DNA of 64,000 bases, from the NCBI GenBank assembly GCA_043228905.1, contig JBHGNT010000006.1:9796001-9860000 (forward strand), read 5' to 3'. How positions within the stretch are numbered: position 1 is the first letter of the stretch; every line of letters begins with the position of its first letter. Shown in pieces: positions 10,873 to 23,885 of the stretch. The notes under the pieces are model-generated. The model ran no database searches and was not told where the DNA came from. It saw only the letters and a list, made by a program, of their open reading frames with translations. The DNA comes from Azolla caroliniana (lineage: Eukaryota > Plantae > Polypodiophyta). The translations under genes were made by a program, and so were the position numbers.

Positions 10873-13800
10873 ATAACACAAAATACTATTACGCTTTTGG
10901 ACCAAATATCTTTAAAACACCATGCACCGCGATCAACCGACCCAACCGATTTGCATTCGTTCGGTTTGGCCCGATTCGGTCTGCATCCCGAGGTTACCGG
11001 ATGTCGGATGCCAGGTCACCGGTTCCATCGCCGGATGTCGTCACCGTCCATTACCAGATCCGTTGTCGAATGCCGGTCACCGGTTGCTGCCGGTTTTGGT
11101 TGGCCAAAACCTCGCCGAATGCCGGGTCATCGGACACCGGTTGCCGGATCTATCCGGCCGCCGGTCGCCGGCTCCGTCCAGTCACCAATTGTCAGCTCCA
11201 TCCAGTTTCCAATTCTGTCGACAGCCGGTTTGAATTTCTTCATTGGCCGGTTCAAGCACTTAGCCACGTCCGGCGACTTAGCCACATATGTCCATCTAGA
11301 CAAAAGTGGCTCAAGTCCAACTATTTCTTATGTGCTCTTAAGACATAGATAAAATATGATGGATCTCAATCTGCTTATATAGCTGGAGCCTAAACTTTTT
11401 CTATCTATGTGGGATATTTCACAGTTTTCTTTTTTTCTTTTTTTTCTTTTGCAAAACATTATACCCACATAACTTGACACTTAGATGTTTGTTTCTTATG
11501 TAGTAAAAAGCATTTGAAAGCTCTTGAAGACATCCATCTTCCCGTATCAAGATATTAAGCTAATCTAAAATAGTATCTTCCCTATTATTGTTTCATGTCT
11601 CGTGTGAAGAACCACGCTTAATTTTGTACGTTCCACACAATTTTCACACCGTTGCCAAAAATCTTCACGACATCCAGCCCCTCCAAACCGCACATCCTTC
11701 GGTATGTGCCAAGAAGAGAGAGTGTGAGATTTCGGCAACGGTGATCAATCAGATTCCTCCACGTGTTCATTCACATTCGCCCTATTATCTTCATCGTCGA
11801 GGTGATCGAGGTCAAGATCCTCGTCTTGTCTTTTCTTGAAAATCTTTACTCTTTTCCTCGCAATGGATACGGCCAACTTTGATCCGTCTAGCTCCGCAAG
11901 GTGGTATGTGGCATTATCGTTGGCACTTGTCACCACATACGGTCTAAACCATCTTCTTGCGAACTTTCTTGTTGTACTGTGTTGATTGTCAAGGTTGTTG
12001 TCGTAGACAAATACCCAATCTCCTTCTTCGATCTTCTTGGGACGCAATCAATGCATCTTGTCGAACCAAATTTTGTTCTTCACTCAGGTTGCCTCCATCA
12101 TCTTTCGCGCTTTTTCTAGATCTTCAGGTTTTCTTTCAAGTTGCCTTATCCGTGCCACTAATAACTCTTCTCGGTTCATCTCGTTCTCCCATGGTTTCGC
12201 TACCCATGAGGCGATCGTCCTTTCGATGGGAATTACCGGCTTTTGTCCATACATAACCTCCGTTGGCATATACCCTGTCACCGAGCTGTGTGTCGTTCTG
12301 TCAGCCCACAAGGCATAGGGCAATAGTCGTGGCCAATTCCCGACTCGACCGTTGCATGCTCGTATGATGGCTTTGACGAGAGGTCCATGCCCTCGCTCGA
12401 TCTTCCCATTCGCTTCTGGATTGTAGGCAGTCGTGAGGGAGAGCTTCATGCCTAGTCGTTCGAAAAGCTCCATTGCTTCGTGTGCATCCAACTCCCCTCC
12501 ATCGGCAACTATCTTTCCCACGCATCCGTATTGGTAGACAACCTCTTCGAGTAGAAATTTGCAAACAGCTGATGTTGTCTTATTTGTCAAGGCCCGTCCT
12601 TCCACTTGATTTGTCAAGTCTTCTCTTGCCAGAGCTAAGTACTTCATTTGTCCCACTCCCATTGGCATTGAGACCAGATCCACCATCCATTTGAAGTATA
12701 TGATGAGCGGGTATGTCGGTCGTAGCTCAACACGATGACGTATATTCGAATATACTTGGCATGTTTCGCATGTGGACACAAAATGGAGTACATCTTTGTA
12801 CATGCTTGGCCACCAATACTTCTCCTTCAACTTCTCGAACGTCACCCATGTTCCTCTATGACCTGTCTAGGCACTCTCGTGGAATTCGGTCGTTAACATC
12901 ACTTGCTCTTCTTTCTTCACCACCACTCAACGTGATATTCTTGTCCTTCTTTTTGGGTATCGCCAAAGGAAGCCTCCCTTCAAGAAGAATTGATAAGCTT
13001 TCTTCCGGATTCGTAGGGCCTCCTCCTTCGTCAACGAAGTATCCGCCGTCATTGTTTTTAGGAATCGGCCGATCAATAACCACTCTCCTTCGTACTCGAC
13101 CTCGTTGAAGGCGTGGAGGGTTAGCGTGTCCTTGTCTTCCGCCTATAGTCGAGCCATCTTGAAGAAGTCGAGGGTGACGTCTTCATCTTCCAAAACCATG
13201 TCACTTTCATTCTCAATTCTTGCCCTCGACAGCATGTCAGCCATGGCATTCTTCTTCCCTACAATATGGCGGATCTCTGGGTTTAAAGATTTGATATAAG
13301 TGATCCACCTTAGCATAACTAGATCTGGTGTCACACATCCTGAGATCATCCCGAGGATTGGGAGACAATCTGTCTCAATTATTACTTCCGATCCGATCAG
13401 GTAGTCTTTGTCTGTCTTCACTGCCGACACAATACCCCAAAGTTCCCGCTTGAATTGGGCATATCTTTGTTGTCGTTTGCTGAGAACCTTTGCTCCAAAC
13501 CGGATGGCATACCACGCATTATCTTCTCCTTCTTGGTTGATGACCCACCCAATTCCAGTTGGGCTCGTATCTATACCTACATAAATCGGCCTCCCTTTGG
13601 TATAGTCGGCCTTTCTTAGTGCTGGAGCTTCAAGAAGTAGTTTCTTCAATCTTCGCATCGCGTTTGTGTGCTCGTCTCACCATTCGAACTTCATTCATTG
13701 CTTTAGCAACCCATATAAAGGCTTGGCGACATGGGCGTAGTGCGGAATCCAGACATGATAAAACGCGCATGCTCCAAGGAACCTTTGAACCTCCGTTTGG

Positions 13801-16800
13801 TTTACTCATTCTTCTTTCATATCTTGGATCGCGTTCACCTTGGATGGCAAAGGCTTCCGGCCGTATGCTTGGGTTTTCCACGTAAAACATCTTGTGTACT
13901 CTTCTCTCCTTTGTGTTGTGCATTCATTCCCGTTTTCTGTTTATGATTCTAAGCTCGGTTGTGGTCGAGCATTGCGCATAGGGAGCATGTAGTTCCCATC
14001 ATAAGGAGCATTCAACGGTTCCAGAATTCCCATATTCACCTTCTCCTTTAAGAGCTCGATCAGCTTTGGTAGGTGTGTTCTCGAAACCAGTATCGGTTTC
14101 AAATTCCAAGGTACGTGCGGTACCGTGAAGATCACCATCGGCTCTATCGTCCTTGGATCAGCACATCTGATTTCTTGTGGGAAAAATGCGAAAACTTTCC
14201 CATGTCTCTCAAGCATGTCGCGAAACATTCGCTCTTATTCAAGGAGGAGGAAATCCTCCTTTCCAACTCGTAGCTTTCCCTTCGTCTCTTCGGTGAAGAC
14301 ATGACCTATTGCCTTCAAATCCCTTAAAGCTTGGATCATTCGCGACTTCCTTCATCTTTTGCTAGCTATCTTCCGGTAGCGGAACCGCAATTGGCTTGAT
14401 CTTCTTATCCACCGTTTTATATTTTGTGTTAACTTCAACTTCCTCCATCAAGATGCCATGATGGTATTCATCGATGGTAGCGTACATGTTGATGGAGTTA
14501 ACTGAAATCACGTGTTGATCATGAAGATAGCTCAAGTCCACGACTTCCTCGATTTTGTCTATGGTGTCGTTAAATGAGGCTTCTTCCATAATATGAGTCA
14601 CGAACTCTTCTTCTTCTATTATGTTTTCTTCTTTAAGCATCTTCTCAAAGTCTTGTATCCGATGCTTGTCCTTCTTGTCAGGTAGTACTAGTTTACATGC
14701 GCCACTAGGTGTGACACATGTTGCTTCTCCTCGCAATCCATGAGCTCTACTCCTTTGTGGGGACTTTTGATCGCTCGGACTATTTGTGCCCCGTGCTTCA
14801 ATAGTCCGCTCTAAAAATCCGGGGATTCGCCGCCAAGACTATCTCGATTTCTTTCATGATTAGCTCACACCGTTAGGAATTGAACAGATCTTTGATTGTC
14901 AAGACTCTTGATTCGCGCGAAGGCTGCTCCATTATCGAACACCTTGGTCTCCATCCGGGATGATGTGATATATGGTTTTCCTAGGATGACAGGATGCGAC
15001 GTTGATTCTTGCATGAAGAAGTGTTGATCCATCTCCACATCCCCGATCGTGACTTTAACATTGGGACAAGCTCCGTACAAGTCCTCCATAGACTTTGCTG
15101 CCGCTCGAATCTTCCATCCGTGGTTTGTATTGATTGGCCATCTTCCTTTTTTGTAGAACTCGGTTGACATGAGGTTGATCTCCGAGCCATGGTTGATCAA
15201 GGCTACCACGGTCTCTTTCTTCTCCTCGATCTTCACCAGCGTCTTCATTGTCACTCGTGCCCAATGAGGTCGAGTATAGTGGTTGTCCACCATATCTTCA
15301 TCGACTTCGTCTCTTGCCATCGTTATGGCATTTGTTTTTGCTCTTTGTGGCTTCTCTTCTTCCTCGTCTGATTGTTGCCTCTTTCTTTTTACAAGGTCCA
15401 CGATCGTGTCATGGAACTCCTTCATAATGCTGAGTAGTTCCCTCAAGGACAAAGTCACATGGCTATCAAGAATGCGTTCCTCGAGAATCTTCTTCAAGTC
15501 TGTCGTCTGCTCTATGTCCCACCTTAGCTTATAGGTAGGCATAGTCCTTGTCTTTCGAGTGGGGTCTTCGACACCAATTTTCACAGGCCGAATCGTTTCT
15601 TCGACTCGTTTGACCGACTCCGCTTTTCGACTAGCATCTCCTTCCTCCATTTGTAAAGATCGACTTGTTTCTGCATCTTCTTTCTTTTTCACGTTCCTTG
15701 TTCCATGTCTTTTTTATGGGCCTTGCTCTTCTATTATTTTTCTCTTTTATTCGACGCACACCTCGTGGTTGTCGCACATCACTTCCGCGAGTATGGTGTT
15801 GTCATCCACCCAGTTATGCTTTGCATGCTTCAATTCGCAAGCTCTACCTCATTCGATGTGACCTTCCCCATCTTCTCATACTCGAGAACAGGAGACCAAA
15901 ACTTTGCTCCCACTTTCGCAGCTTCATTTTTGTCTTTCCCGGCTCTTATTCTGGCCGTTGCAGCATAGTGCATCGCATCCACATGAGTTGCCTCAACATC
16001 TTCCATAGATTTCTTCATTCCCCCTCTTCCGAAATTCACCCGCAAGGGTCTTCGAGTTTCAGTCGAGCAGATCATGTTGTCATCTATGTATACGATATTT
16101 TGTCGAATCGCCTCTCGAAGGCTCGCGCAATCCCTTCTCATGTGGTCCATGTTATCGCACCACACGCATCTAAAGGGTTCTTTTCCTTTGGGGCCCCGAC
16201 GATTCATGTTGGCTAGCGTGACCATCTCGAACTTCTTCGCTAGCTCTTCGATGATGTCGTCATCAATTTTATTTTCTTCTGGGCTTCTTCGTTTGGGCGG
16301 CTCAGCTACTTTCGGTTGTCTTGTTTTCTCCGCGACAGTCAATCCCGCCAAGTCGGTGTCATCAACCAACTGACGACGCGTGTCGAGCCTATTGCATGCC
16401 ACAAGCTCATTCGCTTGGGTATCATCTTCGAGGAGAGTACCCGGTTCTCGTCTATCCTTTATATCCACAGCCTTTAGGAAGTACAAAGTTTTGTACTCCT
16501 CAAGTAGCACTTGGTCTGTGGTGGGGAGACGACGAAACATTTGGTCGAATTCGTTGTACACCCTCGAGGCGCTCATCTTCTTATTCTTCTTTTCTATCCA
16601 CTTCATCAAGACATGTTGAGTCATCCTCGACCATTCTTCCGTCGCGAACTCCGCTAATATCGCTTTCTCGAACTCCGACCACGTTGTCTTCCCTTCTTGA
16701 AGCTCGATGACGCGCCTTTGGATGTTGTTGGCGACCACTCTCTTGAAACTTGTGATTTGACGCGCTTCAAACATGTCCCTTTGATTCATCTCCATTCTAT

Positions 16801-17563
16801 ATGCGTCAAGGAACTTCGTAATGTTCCTTCCGTCAAATTAACCCTCGAGCTCAATGACACGGTCGACAGCCTTCTCCGCGCTCGCATCGTTGTCTCGAGA
16901 TCTCATCATTTGTTCGACAATCAGCATCATCCTTTCGAACTTTCCCTCTTGGTTGCTTGAGGATTCCATCTCCAAGTATCGGTTTATCCTCGATTTGATC
17001 CTTCATGTCGCCTCTTTCACATCGGGTTCACCACTTAATTATGTCATGAAGATCCGTCACTACGCGCGGATCGTGAGGCGGAACCGCCGGGGTTCTGGAC
17101 CAGAAGGATTCGACGTTTGCACAAGCTTTAGCGAGAAAGTATTTAAGATAGATTGAAAGAGAAAAATTGAGATTAAGATTCCAATTTTAAAACAGATTCA
17201 GAACGATTGAAATAGAACGAGAGATTAAGATTGAACTCTTGACTTTAGATTTGAAGAACAAGATTAATACATCAATTGGATAACGAATTTTCTTCTTCTT
17301 AAATTCTTGAATACTACATAGCCCCCTTGATCTTTTTCATCCATCCTTTTATAGATGCTCCCATGCATATGATGCATGTGAAGGTACAAGACATGCATAC
17401 AATGCATGGAATGCATGTGATGCATGTTTGCCATTTGGCGCTCATGCATCACATGTCACTCAATCAAGCTCTAATATGAGAATTTACATGAAAAGTATAA
17501 TGATAGGAAAAACATTTCTACGGATCCTTTTTAAAGCACAAAATACTATTAGGCTTTTGGACC

Positions 17564-18018
17564 TGTTAAGAATTAGGTAAGTAATTAAGCAGGGATTAAT
17601 TAGTACCTAATTATATAATTAGTTGATAAGCGAAAGATTATGTGATATGTGTGTGTATGTGTGTGAGAGGAAGAGAGAGAGAGAGAGAGAGAGAGAGATA
17701 CACTTATGAACAACACAAGATGGGGGATGAGTAACTATATTAAATTAGCTTTATCATCATCAAATACAAAAATACCCACAATTAGGTATATATACATCTC
17801 ATGTGCAAAGGTGCACATGTGTGAATAGAATATATGTACTAATGTGTAAGTCCTATATTAAATGTACTTAGGAGTGGAGGATTTACAATATCCCACTTAA
17901 GTACAAGGTCCTATTTAAGGTGTTATAGTCAACACTTCTAACTAGATTCTATCTAGGTAACTACGAAGTTACATGGATGACTAACTAACTAAACTAAGTT
18001 GAGCTTGATCTCTCAACA
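17564..18018. mobile_element. Solo LTR (455 bp) inserted in the Gypsy 5' LTR
   Basis: TGTTAAGA...TCTCAACA ends and a perfect 5-bp TSD GGACC. The sister LTR shows the empty site (TTTTGGACCAAATATC). Confidence 0.92.
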
Positions 18019-20055
18019 GGACCAAATATCTTTAAAACACCATGCATCGTGATCAACCGACCCGACCGATTTGCATTCGTTCAGTTTGGCCCGGTATGGT
18101 CCACATCCCGAGCCGGTTTGGTCCACATCCCAAGGTCGCCGGATGCCGGATGCCGGGTCACCGGTTCCGTCGTCGAATGTCGTCATCGTCCGTTACCGGA
18201 TCCGTCGCCGGATGCCGGTCACCGGTTGCCACCAGTTTTGGTTGGCTAAAACCTCGCCAAATGTCGGGTCACCGGCTCCGTCATCGGTTGCCGCCAGGTC
18301 ACCGGCTCTGTCGCCGGTTGCCATTCATCGGTCGCCAGTTGCCGGATGCATCCGATTTCCGGTTCTATCGTCAGCCAGTTTGAGTTTCTTCACCGGCCGG
18401 TTCGGGCACTTAGCCACATCCAGCGACTTAGCCACATATGTCCATCTAGACAAAAGTGGCTCAAGTCCAACTATTTCTTATGTGCTCTTAAGACATAGAT
18501 AAAATATGATGGATCTCAATCTGCTTATATAGCTGGAGCCTAAACTTTTCTTATCTATGTGGGATATTTCACAGTTTTCTTTTTCTCTTTTTTTTCTTTT
18601 GCAAAACTTTATACCCACATAACTTGACACTTAGATGTCTGTTTCTTATGTAGTAGAAAGCATTCGAAAGCTCTTGAAGACCTCCATCTTCCCGTACCAA
18701 GATATTAAGCTAATCTAAAATAGTATCATCCCTATTATTGTTTCATGTCTCGTGTAAAGAACCACGCTTGATTTTGTACGTTCCATGCAATTTTCACACC
18801 GTTGCCGAAAATCTTCACGACACCATTTTGCTCCGGCGTATATCGGTAGTTGAATTCCCTCCTAATTTCTTTGTGTTGCAGATATCTATTGAATTGGCTG
18901 GAAGAATACTCTTTTCCGCCATCCGATTGTAGGCACTTGATCTTCCTTTCCGTTTCCCGTTCAGCTAACCTCTACAAGATTCGAAAACAATCAAAAACTT
19001 CGCTTTTCCTTTCGATCAGGTAGATCCATGTGTGTTGACTATAGTTGTCGACAAAGGAGATGAATTATCGACTCCAGCCAAGACTAACGTTTTGTGTCAT
19101 CCCCATACATCCGAATGTATCAAGTCAAGCTTGTTACGATGCCAGTTTCTTTCATTGGGGAATGGAAGCCGATGTTGCTTCCCAAGCTAGTGGGCTTCAT
19201 AAATTTGGGCCTTAAGGCCACTAAATTTTGGCAATCTGAAAAAAACATGTTTCAATTGCAGGTCTTGAAGCCTTTGATAATTGATGTGGCCAAGCCGGTT
19301 ATGCCACAGGTCGATATCCAACTCAACCTTCTGTCCTTTTGCGAATAAACTGGTGCCTCCATTATTGCGTGCCGACCCACCTCGTCCTCCACGCCCACGG
19401 GGCCGATCCACCTCCGTGTACAACATCTGGTTGTCCGGTTGAGTGGTCCTTGACCCACTCGTGTGGTTTTCTTCAACCATCAGCATCGATTGCAGGTCAA
19501 AGAAGGACAGTGGTTTCTCCTTGGTGCAAATCGTCATCTAGATTGGCCAGTATTATTGTGTTAGACCACCGAGGCAGATCTGGACCATCTCGTCTTCGTC
19601 TATTGTCGTGTTGATGGAACCCAATGCGTGCAGATCTCCTTGATCTTGGTGATGTAGTTGGTAACTGACATGTCCCTTTGCCGGATGTTGTTGAGTTCTT
19701 GTCGAAACTGCAACTTCTGGGCCGTTGTGCTTAACGAGAAATTTTCTTCAGATCATCCCAAGCTTTGTTCGCCGTTTTTGCATCCTTGATGTAGTCGAGC
19801 ATCTGGTCGTGCACACAAGACACGATGCACTTAAACACTTTGCTCACTCCTTGCTCCCAAACCGGGAAGTCCTTGTGTGCCGGCTCCGATGCCACTTCAT
19901 TCGCTCCCTCGACATAGCTCCAATAACCATGTCCGAGCAGGTAATGGTGCATCTTCTAAGACCAAGATGCATAATGGCTTCTATCGAGCTTCTCTGTCGG
20001 AAGCGAGCTTGCCATCCCTTTGTCCATTCTTTCTTCGGTTCGTTCTCTTTTCTGG

Positions 20056-21874
20056 TGTTGCGAAGTTTCGCGCACGTGTGTTACTTGGGCGGGACCACGA
20101 GGGTCTTGGACTAGGGAGTACTCAAGGGATAGAGAAAACTCGAGGTTTGCTTTACGACAATACTACTTCCCGACCCCTTCCCGAGCAAGGTCTCGTTGCC
20201 CTTTGTTTTGTGAGGCCGATAGCTCTCGTTGATCACGACTCGTCGACCTTTCGAGATCACCGCACGAGCCAAGTGACCAAAAGGGTACAAGCAAGATGAG
20301 CACGCAACATGAACGCACAAGGAGACGATAACACAAACACGAAGGTCCGTACGTCTATATGGGGAGGAGAGGTGCATGGGCACGCCCGAACGCTCCCTCG
20401 TCACAAGACGTCGAACGTACGAGGAAGACACAAAACACATGCACAAATGCTCGTACGCCTTTATGGGGAGGAGAGGTGCATGGGCACGCTCGAAACGCCC
20501 CCTCATCACAAGACGGCCGAACGTACAAGGAAGATACGAACACACACACAAAATGCTCGTACGTCTTTATGAGGAGGAGAGGTACATGGGCAAGCCCGAA
20601 CACTCCCTCGTCACGAGACGACCGAACGTACAAGGAAGACACAAACACATGCACAAAATGCTCGTACGCCTTTATGAGGAGGTGAGGTGCATGGGCAAGC
20701 CTGAAACGGTCCCTCGTCACAAGACGGTCAAACGTACAAGGAAGACACAAACACACACACAAATGCTCGTACGTCTTTATGAGGAGGAGAGGTGCATGGG
20801 CACGCTCGAAACGGTCCCTCGTCACAAGACGGCCGAACGTACAAGGAAGACACAAACACACGCACAAATGCTCGTACGCCTTTATGAGGAGGAGAGGTGC
20901 ATGGGCAAGCCTAAACGGTCCCCTCACCACAAGATGGCCGAACGTACAAGAAACACACAAACACAAGCACAAATGCTCGTACGCCTTTATGAGGAGGAGA
21001 GGTGCATGGGCAAGCCCAAACGGTCCCCTCGTCACAAGACGGTCGAACGTACAAGAAAGACACAAACACACGCACAAAATGCTCGTACGCCTTTATGAGG
21101 AGGAGAGGTGCATGGGCGAGCCTGAAACGGTCCCTCGTCACAAGACGGTCGAACGTACACGGAAGACACAAACACACACACAAATGCTCGTACGTCTTTA
21201 TAAGGAGGAGAGGTTCATGGGCACGCCCGAAACACTCCCTCATCACAAGACGGCCAAATGTACAAGGAAGACACGAATAAAGAAAGAAGGAGAGAAAGAA
21301 ACACGAATGATATCGACCAAAGAGATAAATACGTGTTCGATTCCAACGCAAGAGGGCCCTTTATAAAATAGGGTTTTGTTTACAATGGCAACTTATAGTT
21401 AACCATAAGCTCAATCAAAACATAAATATTAAATGCCCTTAGAGACAAAAGCAAATCTGATGACGACGAAGATGAACACATGAGCACCACCAAAATGCCA
21501 ATCCCAACAAACCTCAACCTTCCGAATGACGAACACACGGGCTCGCAACGATGAATGGGGCGGAGCAACGTCGAACCAACGAAGCTTGGGCTCATGAGCA
21601 CTTCGAGTGCCGACGCAAAGAAGACGAGCACGTGGCAATGGGGGGATGAGGGGTATGAGATGAAGAGAAGTGGTGAATAAGAAGATGAAGAGCTTCGAAG
21701 GAAAATTGGCGATAGTCTCTTCCTCCCAAAACGTCCTCCCGAATGAGCCCCCCTCGACCTCCTTTTATAGGAAAAAAGAAAGGGGGGTCGCCAATTTTGT
21801 CTTCAATGAAAAAGGAATAAAATTCCTTAAATCACACTACATTGTCTCCCCTCTACCTATTTTTTGGGTCTATT
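20056..21874 (-). mobile_element. Probable solo LTR (~1.8 kb) related to the tRNA-Trp Gypsy lineage, inserted in the Copia C leader
   Basis: The left end TGTTGCG..GCACGTG..GGCGGGACCACGAGGGTCTTGGAC resembles the reverse complement of the 52298-53013 LTR end. The right end GGGTCTATT is a degenerate GGGTCTACA. Flanks CTGG/TCGG. Confidence 0.6.
20330..21275. repeat. ~105-bp tandem array, ~9 units, inside the solo LTR
   Basis: AAATGCTCGTACG(C/T)CTTTATGAGGAGGAGAGGTGCATGGGCA recurs at ~20446, 20551, 20657, 20761, 20866, 20971, 21077 and 21182. Confidence 0.92.
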
Positions 21875-22559
21875 TCGGCTTTCTGTCGGCAGTAGAGGAT
21901 TCTCAACCCTCGCGCTTTGATACCATGAAAAGAATTACGTGCATAAGCTTGAATCGGATGTTAAAAGAAAATATACACAGGTTTAATGGAAGCTTAAAAT
22001 CACATAGAGAGTACACATGAGAGATAGAGAGAGCAAAACAACATAAACTCAATTTCAAATTATCACTCTGTACAAACAATGTGCTCAAAGAGCACTTTTA
22101 TAGGATGTGTTTCTTGTAGAAGTTGAGGCCATTGAGTTCATGGGCGATAAAGAGTTCAATAAAGGAATGTCCACACTTGACTCCATGTTATACAACGAAT
22201 TAGAAAAATGGATTAAAGAAAATGAAGACAATTATTAGTGGTATATTTGGATGAGATATATAAAATGGAGAGCATATATTACTAACAAAATATTTCAGGT
22301 TTTTGAATATTTACTATTTGAACCCTCACATATACAGACACTCAACAGAACAGAGTAATAGAGTAGAATCTAAATGCATGTACCAATAAAAAGGCTACTG
22401 AAAATAAGTAGTTAAAAGGTTAAGTTTTGCACATTGATCAACATGCAAAAACATATTGACAATTAGCCTTGAGATGCATTCATTTCATCATCAATACAGA
22501 GTATTTTTCAGTTGCTTCCATTATCATATCTTTCTTTGGTATAGTCATATGTGACAAAT

Positions 22560-23075
22560 AATACAAGTGATGAATTATACAAACAATCAAGAGGAAGAAT
22601 ATATGTGCGCACATGAAGGAGAAGACCAAGAGATAGAATTTAGCACATCGTTGAACTATACAAGAAGAGGAGGAGGAGAAAGAACTTAGCACGCTAGTGC
22701 CTACACAAGAAGAAGACAAAGGACTTAACATGTTGTTGCATGGACAAGAAGAAGAAGAAGAAGAAGAGCAACTTTTTTTATGGCGATTACAAAGAAACAC
22801 AAAAAATATAACACATGTATATATAGGTATCGAGAAGGCTATGGATATATAACACAAGTGACGAGGATGTATAACACAAGTGACGAACTATGCAAATCGT
22901 CAAGGGGAAAAAATGTATATACAGTAATGAATCAAAATACTTACCACAGGAAGAAGAAGAAACGGAGATAGAATTTAGCACATTGTTGCCTACACAACAA
23001 GATGAAGAAGAGAAAGAACTTAGCATGTTGGTGCCTGCACAAGAAGGAGAAGAAGAGGAGATACTTTTTTTCCAA
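22560..23075. repeat. Imperfect repeats (GAAGAAGA..AGAACTTAGCACGTTGGTGCCTACACAA) upstream of the hAT ORF, possibly subterminal repeats
   Basis: ~40-bp subunits within a ~340-bp higher-order duplication (22630-22780 vs 22965-23070). Confidence 0.55.
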
Positions 23076-23359
23076 AAGAAGAATAAGCGTTTATGTGTTT
23101 TCCCAAGTTAGTTCAAAAAGTTTCAAATCAAGATTCAATTTTTCCTAAAATGATAGTAACCTTTAAAAAAAGTGGTTCAAGAAAATATTTAAAAAGTGTC
23201 ACCCTAAACCATTTAAACCAGAGTTTCAAATTGTTTTAACTAAAACAATTAAGTTGATAGAAATCCAAAGTTGAATTAAACCTAACTAACTGTTTAAACC
23301 TTTACGCAGTTATGCTATGGTTTCGTGCTTTGGTCCAATTCAAACAAAATTATCGTCGT

Positions 23360-23885
23360 TGTTATTGATGATCTTCCCAATGATATTATCAATGGTCAAG
23401 GCTCATGATTTATCTCTTAATTTTGGAAACATTTGCTTGGCTCCTCTAAAATTCTTGTAAACTCTCTTTAAGCTATGATCTAGATATCGATGGTCAAATT
23501 GAATGTACCAAGTAAACATTGGAACAATATCTTTGTTATTTCATTAACTATCAACATGATGATTGGGGTGACTTCTTGCACTTAATTGAGTTTGCTTACA
23601 ATATTTTGGTTAATTCTTCTATTAGATTTAATCCCTTCTTTGCCACCTAGGGATCTCATCCTTGTTAGACGGTGCTTGAACATCTAAAAATCTTGAATCT
23701 TGTTGTTGACAATTGTCTACTTCAACTCAAAGTAATTCACACTACGCTTTCTCACCAATCAAACGATGCTTAAGACACACATCAAAATTTGTATATTGTC
23801 ATTATCTCAAATTTCAATTCATCAATAGAAAAACCTCAAGTTTGCAACATTTTACATCAAAGACTTGATCCATATGTTATTGGTT
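23360..23885 (+). pseudogene. Highly degenerate Gypsy integrase fragment
   Basis: Broken translations LPNDIINGQGS*FIS*FWKHL, DGQIECT..TLEQYLCYFINYQHDDWGDFLHLIEFAYN, typical of a chromovirus/Tf2-type integrase core. Confidence 0.65.

Larger units (their letters stand above)
10313..18822 (-). mobile_element. Ty3/Gypsy LTR retrotransposon, tRNA-Trp primed, degenerate (RT largely deleted)
   Basis: LTRs 10313-11672 and 17042-18822 with 13-bp terminal inverted repeats (TGTCATGAAGATT / AATCTTCACGACA). 4-bp TSD CCGT/CCAT. PBS TGGTGAACCCGATGTGA at 17033-17017 and PPT next to 11673. Gag with zinc knuckle (CVWCDNMDHMRRDC) 15830-16960, protease 14865-15692, RNase H 13143-13658, integrase 12084-12845, GPY-like RRWFRPYVV ~11940. 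Confidence 0.92.
3215..22102 (-). mobile_element. Ty1/Copia LTR retrotransposon C (degenerate), host to several nested insertions
   Basis: 3' LTR 3215-3626 with adjacent PPT (plus-strand CTCCCCCT). Truncated 5' LTR 21926-22102 and Met-i PBS (TGGTATCAAAGC). TSD GGATG on both sides. Gag ~19340-20014, integrase ~18827-19330 and 9890-10312, RT ~8490-9420 (LYVDD), RNase H ~7930-8480 (YCDN..KNPVFHARTKHIEVHYH). Confidence 0.9.
1..22186 (-). pseudogene. Degenerate hAT-superfamily transposase (BED zinc finger plus catalytic core), fragmented by insertions; pieces at ~22103-22186, 2926-3214, 1132-1614 and 1-305
   Basis: Minus-strand translations give hAT-like motifs in the expected order. N-terminus MESSVDIPLL...TRNTS|KGKSKRQ*TSW is in frame across the Copia TSD GGATG. 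Then a BED-like CSHCC...TATKHL, LPHVHVESLGFKQF...PGYGLRSTCTLKRSI, ILSITSDGASDAIMAS, GCMVHVFQFGIK (CxAH-like) and LLLDVIPP (LDVxTRW-like). Multiple stops and frameshifts. Confidence 0.7.

Noticed and set aside
20111-21366. Several 140-240 aa ORFs on both strands
   Set aside because: They arise from the 105-bp (35-codon) repeat lacking stops in several frames; no domain-like content.
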